64,000 nt of DNA from a virus. Positions within the stretch are counted from its first letter, which is position 1; every line of letters begins with the position of its first letter. A program made the position numbers and the translations under genes. Below the pieces are notes generated by a model. The model did no database searches. It had not been told where the DNA came from and was given only the letters and a program-made list of their open reading frames with translations. Where the stretch lies: positions 64,001 to 128,000 of the IMG/VR virus record IMGVR_UViG_3300005537_000002; one strand, 5' to 3'. Shown here one piece after another: positions 8,920 to 17,900 of this stretch.

Positions 8920-10167
8920 TTGAGTCCGTATACAGCAACCGTCAAGAAGAGACGGTCACGCAAACTATATACTAAGTACGATGCTATAGTACGGTGGGTA
9001 GTCGTGGCATGTGCTAGCATGTTGTTGAATGCAGCATTATTAGATGTCGCATTATGGATATACCCCTTACAGAGTCTGAGTCAGCTAGTAGTGTGGAATA
9101 CGCTGGTGTCAGCTATCGCTTCGATATGCGGCATGGTAGGGTATCGATTGTGGGTATTGGGGAGATACCGTATGCTAACAGCAGAGGAGTTCGGTAAATG
9201 TCTATCTATACTCACTTTCGAGTCTTTGGTGGACACGATGTTAGCTGTACTAAGCCAGTTCGCTAGTATTATGCTAGTGGGAGACTTATTACCCACTACT
9301 ACTATGAAACTAATTGCGGTTATAGGGACGTTCATCCTGTCCACTGTGCTACTTAAACAATGGATGGGTAAGAAGCCTGTATATGAGTGCATCATGAAAC
9401 CTTCTCGAGCGTCTATACGTAGACAACACTACACGTTGTCAGTCGTAATGGTAGCACAGGACAATGCGGATTATATTCAGCATACTGTACATCAAATGTA
9501 CGAGTCCCTAACGTACATGGTCGATGACTTCGAAGTCATCGTAGTCAACGACGGTAGTGCCGATCATACAGGTGTGCTGTTAGAGGCTATATCTATCATG
9601 ACCCCGCGAGTTAGGGTAGTGAATTACGCCAAACCTCGAGGATACTCTACAGCTTTAGCGACCGGACTCAAACTAGCGTGTAAGGAACTGACATTCATTA
9701 CCTCTTCAGACGACCAGTTCGACATACAGGATCTAGCGTTCTTCCTTCCGTATATGTGTGAGTACGACGCGGTTTTCGGTTACCCCTTCGGCGAGACTGG
9801 CAGTCGTTTCGAGAGATTCTGTACGTGGAGTTGGAGTACGTTAGTCAGTCGGACGTTCGGACTTAACGTAAGAGACGTCGACTGCGAATTCAAACTATTT
9901 AGAACTGACTTCTTTACGGACTATGAACTGACTGTCACTGACTCTCGCTTAGTGTATGTAGACATGTTGTATCAGTTAGCACAGTCGGATAGGTCGTATA
10001 CCGAAATGGGCGTACTACAAACACCAACTGTACTAGAACGTAAGAGAGACACAAGCCTGCTGAGCTTGGTTAAGAACGCGTCTGCACTACGAAAGTATGT
10101 TAAGGAACGGAAAATCAGTAGTTACGGGCACCACCTACACTCGAACGCTGCGATACGTACCTCTTGA
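8920..10167 (+). CDS. GtrA-like membrane domain fused to a GT2 (polyprenol-phosphate glycosyltransferase-like) domain
   Basis: Four N-terminal TM helices; LSVVMVA, FEVIVVNDGSADHT, GYSTALATG, RDVDCEFKLFR. The DxD site reads SSDDQFD. Confidence 0.75.
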   Translation: MSPYTATVKKRRSRKLYTKYDAIVRWVVVACASMLLNAALLDVALWIYPLQSLSQLVVWNTLVSAIASICGMVGYRLWVLGRYRMLTAEEFGKCLSILTFESLVDTMLAVLSQFASIMLVGDLLPTTTMKLIAVIGTFILSTVLLKQWMGKKPVYECIMKPSRASIRRQHYTLSVVMVAQDNADYIQHTVHQMYESLTYMVDDFEVIVVNDGSADHTGVLLEAISIMTPRVRVVNYAKPRGYSTALATGLKLACKELTFITSSDDQFDIQDLAFFLPYMCEYDAVFGYPFGETGSRFERFCTWSWSTLVSRTFGLNVRDVDCEFKLFRTDFFTDYELTVTDSRLVYVDMLYQLAQSDRSYTEMGVLQTPTVLERKRDTSLLSLVKNASALRKYVKERKISSYGHHLHSNAAIRTS

Positions 10168-10193
10168 TTTCAACCGACTGGAACAATTATAAT
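10164..10193 (+). promoter_or_regulatory. Sigma70-like phage promoter
   Basis: CCTC-TTGATT-18-TATAAT. Confidence 0.75.
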
Positions 10194-10267
10194 ATAAATA
10201 ATGTATATCACAAAAACAAATCGAGGGATAATCCCTCGAGCGTCCAGTAGTAAAGGAGCAGTCAGCA

Positions 10268-10651
10268 GTGTCAGATTTAGACTTGGACTATGCATACGAC
10301 AGAGAAAGTGACCCACAAACTGATACTTGTAACAAGTACAGAGTATCCGGTGTGGATCCGAACCATAGAGTAAAGGTACACGCAGGTCAGGGAGACAACC
10401 GCACCCCAGTTAGTACGGAACGTGTAGCTGGTGCGGAGCCTCAGTGGTCGAGTGATAGGGTACGAGAGGATGCAATCTACTTCGATATCACTCACTCCCA
10501 AAAAGATACTCCGTTCGACATCGAGATTGAGAGTAAGTCGGATGGAAAGAGAGTTGGCAGACTCGATGCCGTGGTCCATGACGGTGTTACGTGGATCGCA
10601 GACGAAACTGGTGAGTGTAGGGGTATGGGGAATGGATTCAGACGACCGTAA
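10268..10651 (+). CDS. Hypothetical protein
   Basis: AAAGGAG RBS after the promoter. Confidence 0.6.
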   Translation: MSDLDLDYAYDRESDPQTDTCNKYRVSGVDPNHRVKVHAGQGDNRTPVSTERVAGAEPQWSSDRVREDAIYFDITHSQKDTPFDIEIESKSDGKRVGRLDAVVHDGVTWIADETGECRGMGNGFRRP

Positions 10652-10678
10652 TAATCTAGCCCGAAAGGAGCGCCCTTA

Positions 10679-11185
10679 GTGGAAAGCACAGTTACGTACA
10701 CAGTCGAAATCAGGCCGCCAGCAAAGGGAATGGTAAATCCAGTAAAAGTGTTGCTGGCAGCAGTCAATGGTGGTAACCCTACGAAAGTGGAGCTACCGCC
10801 GAACTCTAGAATCGGTATCGACTGGGGCAGAACCTCAGACGGTATGATATCCGACGGTACGACCCTGCTAGGTATGATGATACTAGCGCACTTGTTTGAG
10901 GAGACCGAACAGGTCGTCTCGAACGTTAAGACCGGACAGAAGTTTACCTGTTACGATAAAGCCTATGGGACAGGTAAGTATCTAGGTAACCGCTCGAAAT
11001 CGAAGCGATACCTAGAATACTTCGTTAGGGAGTATCTATCCAGACGAACAAGAACGAGCGGGTTCAGCGTCACCAAAACTGAAATTCTGCGAATGGCTAA
11101 CTCACAAGAAGCCGCTATTCGCAAGTCGATTGCAGATGCCGGTGTCAAAGTACCTGCAGGCGCGAGAAAGGTTGCTACTGCATGA
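10679..11185 (+). CDS. Hypothetical protein
   Basis: GAAAGGAG RBS; operon packing. Confidence 0.65.
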   Translation: MESTVTYTVEIRPPAKGMVNPVKVLLAAVNGGNPTKVELPPNSRIGIDWGRTSDGMISDGTTLLGMMILAHLFEETEQVVSNVKTGQKFTCYDKAYGTGKYLGNRSKSKRYLEYFVREYLSRRTRTSGFSVTKTEILRMANSQEAAIRKSIADAGVKVPAGARKVATA

Positions 11186-11505
11186 TCTACGTCGACTTCC
11201 TCATCAACCGTAGTACAGCAGGCGGAGGAAAACCACCAACTAAAAGCTGTAACATGTGGTCGAGCGAGCTAAACACTCCAGAAGGCTTGTTGGAGTTGCA
11301 TGAAGTAGCAGGACTACTAAGGGTACGTCAGTACTTTAGAGACCGACCCTACTTCCCACATTACGACCTCAACGAGAGCCAGCGTAAGCGGGCTCTCGCA
11401 CTGAGAAGGCCAGATGGTACTCCTTACGTCGAGGAAACGAGTTTGATCAACTTCTTCCGACCAAAAGCTCAATCAGTCGAGGAGGCTGTAAGCGTTCAAA
11501 GTTGA
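11182..11505 (+). CDS. DUF4031-like protein
   Basis: MIYVD...ELHEVA...HYDL...R.RAL pattern. Confidence 0.65.
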   Translation: MIYVDFLINRSTAGGGKPPTKSCNMWSSELNTPEGLLELHEVAGLLRVRQYFRDRPYFPHYDLNESQRKRALALRRPDGTPYVEETSLINFFRPKAQSVEEAVSVQS

Positions 11506-11521
11506 ACGCTTACATATTTGT

Positions 11522-12127
11522 ATGATAGACAGTCACGCTAAGCTCGTAGTGAAGCATAAACACTCGAAGACTCATTTGGGTCCGGAAAAAGGATGGCACG
11601 AACACGTGCTACCGATAGCAACCATATACAGTGGACTGCAGGATAGTGACATAGTGAGTTGGTCTGTTCAAGTGTTCAAATCCCTCGTCGGAGAACCTCC
11701 TCCCGCTCCAAACGCTCAGTATGATAAGAAGTACTTACGGCTGCTTATGCCCCTAGTAAGCTGGGAGAAGCTAAACAGGGTCGTGTACGACCCTGTACTC
11801 CAACCCTGTGTGGAAATACAGGTAGGAAATCTGTCACTTATCTGCAGCGACGATCAAGAGTTCATCACTCCGGACATAGGTTGGATACCCCTAGACCAGC
11901 TGAAGCCCCGACAGTACATTATGATGAACACTGTACGCGGTAGAGCACAGTACGCTCGTATCTCTCAGATCAAGAGAGTCTCGTCTCGTACGGGCTATAA
12001 CTTAGACTGTAGAAACTTTGTAAGCAACGACTTTATTAGCAGGTCGCCACAATTCGTAGCCGGTTATCCCATACCGAAGCGAATAGCTATGGCTGAGATA
12101 CTCGACTCGCCCACAGACATTCTATAG
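11522..12127 (+). CDS. Stand-alone degenerate Hint (intein-like) domain protein
   Basis: LICSDDQEFIT.DIGW...QLKP (block B), GYNL..RNFVSND (block F/G); no Cys1, no TxxH, no terminal HN. Confidence 0.55.
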   Translation: MIDSHAKLVVKHKHSKTHLGPEKGWHEHVLPIATIYSGLQDSDIVSWSVQVFKSLVGEPPPAPNAQYDKKYLRLLMPLVSWEKLNRVVYDPVLQPCVEIQVGNLSLICSDDQEFITPDIGWIPLDQLKPRQYIMMNTVRGRAQYARISQIKRVSSRTGYNLDCRNFVSNDFISRSPQFVAGYPIPKRIAMAEILDSPTDIL

Positions 12128-12142
12128 AGGAGATGCACTGTC

Positions 12143-13207
12143 GTGTTAAAGCCATTCAGTCAAATCGTTAGAGTACCCTCTACGGTAGGGTCTCTACCCT
12201 ACATCACATCATACTACCAATCCCCCTCTTGTAAGACCCTACATACTAAGTTCTGGCCCCTAGTCGAACAGCACACACAGTTTATAACGCTCTCTGCTGG
12301 AAACGGTGGAGTTGCATACGAGGCTGCGAGTAAAGGACTTAAGGTTGCGGCATACGACCGTTCGGTGTACACGATACTCTCGCTAGACGACGTACTCAAC
12401 CGAGATACGCTACCTCAACTATCCTATGACCTGCCTACCAACGAGTGGTTCGAACGTTGGTGTTCTCCTATTACACCTAGTACCACCAACGTAGCACAAG
12501 AAGGCGTACTAGTTGCCAGACATACGACACAGTTAGCTCCACACCTTTCGCTCGAGACTGCTAAGTACCTAGACACCTTACTCATCTGCAAGAACTACTG
12601 GCCTCTATTGATGAGTTCGATTGGCAGAACGCTACTACAACTGTGCTCCAATCGGGGTGTACGCTGGTCGAACTTAATGCCAGACGGTAGATCGACTAGG
12701 GAACTTACACCGGAAGAAGCCTTTCACTCGATAGCTAGGAGCACCTGGCGTACGAAGATGTTCTCAGACAGTTTGGATCACCACCTCGAGCATAACCTGT
12801 TCCAGCACAGCCTATTTGATGACCTACTGTCAGACTTCAGAGACTCTATATACCCAAACACACTCGTACACATTGATCCGGTGTATCCTTGGGAGACCTC
12901 ACTATATGAACGCTCTCATCACTACTTCTGTATGTCAGCTATCGACAGTATCCTAGTGCAGTCGGAATCAGCGTCAGTTCGGTCACCTTCGTACTGGCCC
13001 TCTACTATCTCAACCGACCTGACACTTTGGTTAGCTTGGTTTGGTGAGAGGCTACGTCGACTAAAGGATCGTACGGAAGCTACAATCGTAGTGACGTTTG
13101 GGTATCCCACTCCGACTGTACTTGAGACTGCTAGGTATCTTACGTCGTTGCTCCCTACTGCTAGTTGGGAGCAGTCGATTGCTGGTTGCATGCTTGTTAT
13201 CCATTAG
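12143..13207 (+). CDS. Atypical DNA adenine methyltransferase-fold protein (paralog 2)
   Basis: FITLSAGNGGVAYEA..KGLKVAAYD (motif I/II), VHIDPVY (motif IV variant). Confidence 0.65.
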   Translation: MLKPFSQIVRVPSTVGSLPYITSYYQSPSCKTLHTKFWPLVEQHTQFITLSAGNGGVAYEAASKGLKVAAYDRSVYTILSLDDVLNRDTLPQLSYDLPTNEWFERWCSPITPSTTNVAQEGVLVARHTTQLAPHLSLETAKYLDTLLICKNYWPLLMSSIGRTLLQLCSNRGVRWSNLMPDGRSTRELTPEEAFHSIARSTWRTKMFSDSLDHHLEHNLFQHSLFDDLLSDFRDSIYPNTLVHIDPVYPWETSLYERSHHYFCMSAIDSILVQSESASVRSPSYWPSTISTDLTLWLAWFGERLRRLKDRTEATIVVTFGYPTPTVLETARYLTSLLPTASWEQSIAGCMLVIH

Positions 13208-13216
13208 GAGCTGCCT

Positions 13217-13750
13217 ATGACGACTAAGTATTGTTGCGGATGTCAAAAATGGCTGTCGCTACATGAGTTTGGTAAAGACAAGTCGACTAAGGATGGTCTC
13301 AACGCTAAGTGTAAGGCTTGCATCAATGCTAGAGCCGCAATCAGCCGTGCGAAGCAGACTAGCGAGCAGTATGAGAGAGCGTCAGAGTACCAGAAGCAGT
13401 ACTATCGAGACCACCGAGAGCTGTTAGTAGCACAGGCTGCTATGCGTCGGGAGACACAGCGAGAGCATATACGGGCGATTGACAAGAGGTCTCGCTTAAA
13501 GCATAGGGCGAGCACGCAAGCTAGTACGTCTGCGTACCAGGCACGTCTGAGAGGTCAGTACGTAGCTCCGGTCTCATTGGACGTACTGTACGCTAGAGAC
13601 AAAGGAGTCTGTGCTTTATGTGGGGAGCCAGTCAACCGGTCAGAAGCCTCTATCGACCACATCGTACCCCTGTCGGAAGGTGGCTTACACGGTCCAGATA
13701 ACGTACAACTCGCCCATCGCAGTTGTAATTCTCGAAAGCAAAACGGTTAA
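13217..13750 (+). CDS. HNH homing endonuclease
   Basis: N-terminal CxxC..F.KD....DGL...CKAC; RDKGVCALC...IDHIVPLSEGG.H..DNVQLAHRSCN. Confidence 0.88.
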   Translation: MTTKYCCGCQKWLSLHEFGKDKSTKDGLNAKCKACINARAAISRAKQTSEQYERASEYQKQYYRDHRELLVAQAAMRRETQREHIRAIDKRSRLKHRASTQASTSAYQARLRGQYVAPVSLDVLYARDKGVCALCGEPVNRSEASIDHIVPLSEGGLHGPDNVQLAHRSCNSRKQNG

Positions 13751-13782
13751 ATATGTATTAGTGGGCACCCATTTTTGTGCTC

Positions 13783-13812
13783 TTGTAAAACACCATGTCG
13801 AACATTTATAAT
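13783..13812 (+). promoter_or_regulatory. Sigma70-like phage promoter
   Basis: CTC-TTGTAA-18-TATAAT. Confidence 0.7.
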
Positions 13813-13840
13813 ATATAATAAGAAGTAAATACTACTTCTT

Positions 13841-14068
13841 ATGCGAACAGACCTTGGAGGTTATATGCATAGATGTGTAAAGTGCGGTGCAGGGGATGCA
13901 AAGTGGAATACGAAGAGAGGCTGGTGGTGTGAAGATTGCGTACTAGCCTACCAAGGCCCACTCGCAGACTTAGTTGAGGGCATCCACGTAGCTATCGAGC
14001 TACTAGAACCAGCTATCGAACGGGCTAAACGGAAGCTTACTTCTACGAGACGTCCGTACTTGAACTAA
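13841..14068 (+). CDS. Small zinc-finger protein
   Basis: CxxC...CxxC; GGAGG upstream of the internal ATG. Confidence 0.55.
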   Translation: MRTDLGGYMHRCVKCGAGDAKWNTKRGWWCEDCVLAYQGPLADLVEGIHVAIELLEPAIERAKRKLTSTRRPYLN

Positions 14069-14127
14069 GACCCTCACATACAACTGCATATTGCACCCCA
14101 GAAGTGCAGACAGAAAGGTGAACACCG

Positions 14128-14289
14128 ATGACTGTTACTGCAGACACTTCACAAAGGCACTCGCTGCTTATGCTGGCGAAGTGCTCCACTTGCGGACTCT
14201 GCGACCAAAACGACTTCAAACCCGTACATGGGTACGGCAACCCCAACGCAAGGGTCATTTCTAGATATAGAGGTGATCATGTTCTCTAA
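14128..14289 (+). pseudogene. Orphaned original 5' end of the DNA polymerase gene (53 aa)
   Basis: Not in the ORF track. With a GAAAGGTG RBS it translates to MTVTADTSQRHSLLMLAKCSTCGLCDQNDFKPVHGYGNPNARVI|SRY..., nearly identical to the polymerase N-terminus SLLALCKCSTCGLCNQNDFKPVMGYGNSGARVIF. Confidence 0.85.
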
Positions 14290-14988
14290 ACCTTGTACGA
14301 AGTGTAGCGCTCCCGAAAGGCAGAAGGGCCAGTCTCTATGCGTAACCTGTCAACGTGAGTACGAGAGGCTGTGGCGAGAGAAAAATAGAGAGAAGATTAA
14401 CCACCAATACAAACAGTGGCGTGCGAATATGACAGAAGGTCAGCGCGAACGTGAAAGAGAATCCGGTAGAAGAGGAGAAGCAAAAGTTCGACAGAAGTTA
14501 CTCGAATACAGACTAGAACACCCGTGCATCGATTGTGGAGAGACTAATCCTATATGTCTACACTTCGATCATGTAACCGGTGAAAAACGTATGGATATCA
14601 CCCACTTACGAACGTACGGGTGGCCAAGCGTAGAAAAGGAACTTCAAAAATGTGTAGTGCGATGTGGGAACTGTCACGTCAAAAGACACTTCCTAACTAA
14701 AGGTACTACAAAGTACGGACCTAGTAAACATCTCTCGAAAGCAGCGAACGCTAGGAGAGATGTGTTTAGGCGCTATCTCCAACTGTGGGGGTGTATAGAC
14801 TGCGGTTTACAAGATGTAGACTGTTTGGAGTTCGATCACGTCTTCGGAGAGAAGTTAGCAGACGTAAGTATACTAATCGACAACGATACCAAAACTGGGA
14901 GGCTACAGTCGACGAAATCGCTAAGTGCGAAGTAGTCTGCGTAAACTGCCACGCTAAACGTACTGAGAGTAGGGGGTATCAATGGTAG
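14279..14988 (+). pseudogene. Tandem double-HNH endonuclease with a frameshift near 14885-14895
   Basis: Two CIDCG...FDHV.GEK modules. The second module's KCEVVCVNCHAKRT is in the -1 frame and ends at 14988, overlapping the pol ATG. Confidence 0.75.
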
Positions 14989-17900
14989 TAGAAACTTCAT
15001 GGGTGGGTTCAGCAGACAGAAGTCTGCTAGCACTATGCAAGTGCTCAACTTGTGGTCTATGCAATCAGAATGACTTCAAACCAGTAATGGGTTACGGAAA
15101 TAGTGGAGCTAGAGTTATATTCGTAGGGGAAGCAGCCGGCCGTAATGAACATATCCAGGGTATCCCGTTTGTAGGAGAGTCCGGTAGGCTCTTGACAGCT
15201 GTGCTCCAAAGGGTACAGCTGTCAGATGGAAGTTACCTGCAAAGAGATGACGTCTACCTTACGAACGCTTGTCTGTGTCGACCAGAAGACAATCGTACAC
15301 CGTCAGCTGCAGAAATCGTGGCTTGCAACGAGCGTTTGAAGGCGGAGATCAAATCTCTTCCTAACCGACACTTGATTGTAGTGTTGGGTAGTAGTGCGAT
15401 CAAGGCTGTAACTGGCAAGCACCAGAGTATGAACGCCATGCACGGTAAGATTGAGTGGAGTGCTGAGTTTCAGTGCTTCATTACGTATACGTGGCACCCA
15501 GCGTACATATTGAGGACTCCGAATGACTTTCCTGACCTTGACTACGTCATGAGTCAGATACCGAGCATTCTGGATACGCCTAAAGGGCCTATCCAATTTC
15601 AGCCGCCGAAGTATATCGTAGAAGACTCCATCGATATGGCGATTAAGCGATTGCTACACTTGCTTGATCACGTCGAAGGTGATGTCGCTTGTGACATCGA
15701 AACGACCAACTTGGAGTTAGCACAGCCAACTAACTTCATTCTCGAGATCGGCTTCTCTTGGGAGGATGGAAAGGCGTACATCTTACCTCACCACATCTTC
15801 AACGACAGTCAAGTGAAGGTAGTACTGATACGCTTCCTGGAAAAGAAGAGTGTGCGGTTTGTATACCACAACGGGATGTTCGACATTGCGTGGTTGCGCT
15901 ACAAGTTGGGAGCTAAACAGGCTTGGATTGGTGCGGACACGATGTTGATGTCTTCACTCTATGATCCAAGAGGTAGAGGCGGTGGAGAAGGAGATGAAGT
16001 GCAGGGGGTTGGAACGACACACGGCCTAAAGCCATTAAGCCGCAAACACTGTCAAGCACCAGCTTGGGAAGATGACATTCATGCGTACCTTCCGAATAAA
16101 GAAGCGAGCTTCGAACTCATACCGGCAGATGTCCGACAGAGGTATATGAGCTTCGACTTGGTGTACACGTTACGGCTCTTTAGGAGACTAACAGAGCTGT
16201 TAGAAAAGGAAGATCCCTCCGCTGAAGGTTACCCAACTCCACTTGAGTGCCACTACAATCTGCTCATACCCGCGGCTAACATGCTAGCGGACATTGAGTC
16301 TCACGGTATCCTCATCGACCGTAAGTACGTGGAGGAACTGAGAGACAAGATGGAAGAGCAGATGCGGGTCTCTAACGAGAAGATCCGAGAGGCCACTAAA
16401 GAATTCTTCAGACGAGACGGTCAAGAGATTACGTTACGTAAGTCGAGAGACGAAGAAGTAACCGAGCGTAAACGTAAGCTCGTAGGTACAGAAGTCCGGT
16501 GGAAAGCACGTAAGCGATATGACAAGTCAGCTAAGGCTTGGGTGCCGGACACTCCTGTACCGGACGGAGTGAGACAGCTGTACGAATACGAGTACATAAC
16601 TAGGGTAGTTAAGAGGTACTATGACGTTGTGCTTAGGGGTGAAGAAGCCGTTGAACACCTAGCGAACGAGTTCAACGTACGCTCTGCTTTACACTTACGA
16701 CACATTCTCTACGACCACTTAGGCTTACCGCCAGTTGAAGGTAAAGAAGTCACTGACAAAGATCAACTAGAACGATACAAGCATGCTCACCTCATTATTC
16801 CACTCATAATGGAATACAAGAACGTGAACCGGCTATATGGCATCTTCATCAAAGGGATGCTAGCTAGATTAGATCCGTATGACCGGTGTCACCCACGATT
16901 TAACATTCATGCAACTCGTACAGGACGATTGTCGAGTTCTAATCCTAATAGTCAGAACATCCCAAGGGATGGACTCATCAAACGTATGTTTACCGTTCCA
17001 AAGGGATACGTTTTTGTCGAAAGTGACTATAGCGGACTTGAGTTCACTGTCATTGCGTGGTACTGTAACGCTCACGTCAATCCAGCATTCCACGATCCGA
17101 CTTTAGCACAGGACGTAGCTGGCGATATCCACCAAGCCTTTGCTGAAGAAGCGTTCGCAGAGCTACTAGCGAAGATCCGAGCGAACAAACGTAGTCTATC
17201 GGCGCTCGAACAGATCATGCGTGAAGAAGTTATCATGACGGAGAAGCGCATCGAGCAGGAGCGAGATAAGCGAACCGATCCGGAGGAAGTAGCTTCACTA
17301 ATGCTGAAGCACGCACGCTTTATGGCAAAATTCTGTACCTTCGGCATTTTGTACGGACGTTCGGCTCACTCGCTAGCGTTTGATGATGATGGTATGCACG
17401 TCTCTCTCGAACAGGCTGAGGAGTACTTACGTAAGTTCTTCGCTAAGTATAATGGCTTGTACAGATTCTTGCAACAACAAACAAAGTACGCACTCGAACG
17501 TGGTTGGCAAGAGATGCCTAGCGGTAGACGAGCGAAGTATCCGTTCATCACTAGAGACAATCGGTCCCAAATTGAACGTCAGAGTTGGAACTCGCCTATT
17601 CAGGGAGGTGCAAGTGACATTTGCTTAGGGGCCTGTATAGACCTACAGAAAGAGCTAGTTGCTAGAGGTTGGGGTTACGTGCTCTTCATTGTACACGACG
17701 CTATCATGATGCAACTAAAAGAGGAGCATATGCATGAAGGTATTGCTCTTATGAAGTCGATCATGGAAGGAGTCACACAGAAACTAAAGTCGCCAGTTGA
17801 CTTTAGGGTTGAGACTAAAGTCGGTAAGAATTGGGGTGACGCAGTCGACATAGAAGTGGAGCACGAACTAGTACACCACCATACTAAAACTGCACACCAC

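Noticed and set aside
13760-13769. AGTGGGCACC shared with the terminator at 18037
   Set aside because: Only 10 bp and two copies; insufficient to call an operator.
14606-14620. Possible self-target of array segment S5 (tt-cg-ac-ta-gg matches TTA CGA ACG TAC GGG in the HNH gene)
   Set aside because: Only 6 of 12 dinucleotides match overall; a 10-base gapped hit is expected by chance across 15 segments and 128 kb of strand.
14260-14981. Group I intron in the polymerase gene
   Set aside because: Only about 20 nt lie between the break and the HNH start, and the HNH end overlaps the new pol ATG, leaving no room for a ribozyme core. The duplicated N-terminus makes splicing unnecessary.
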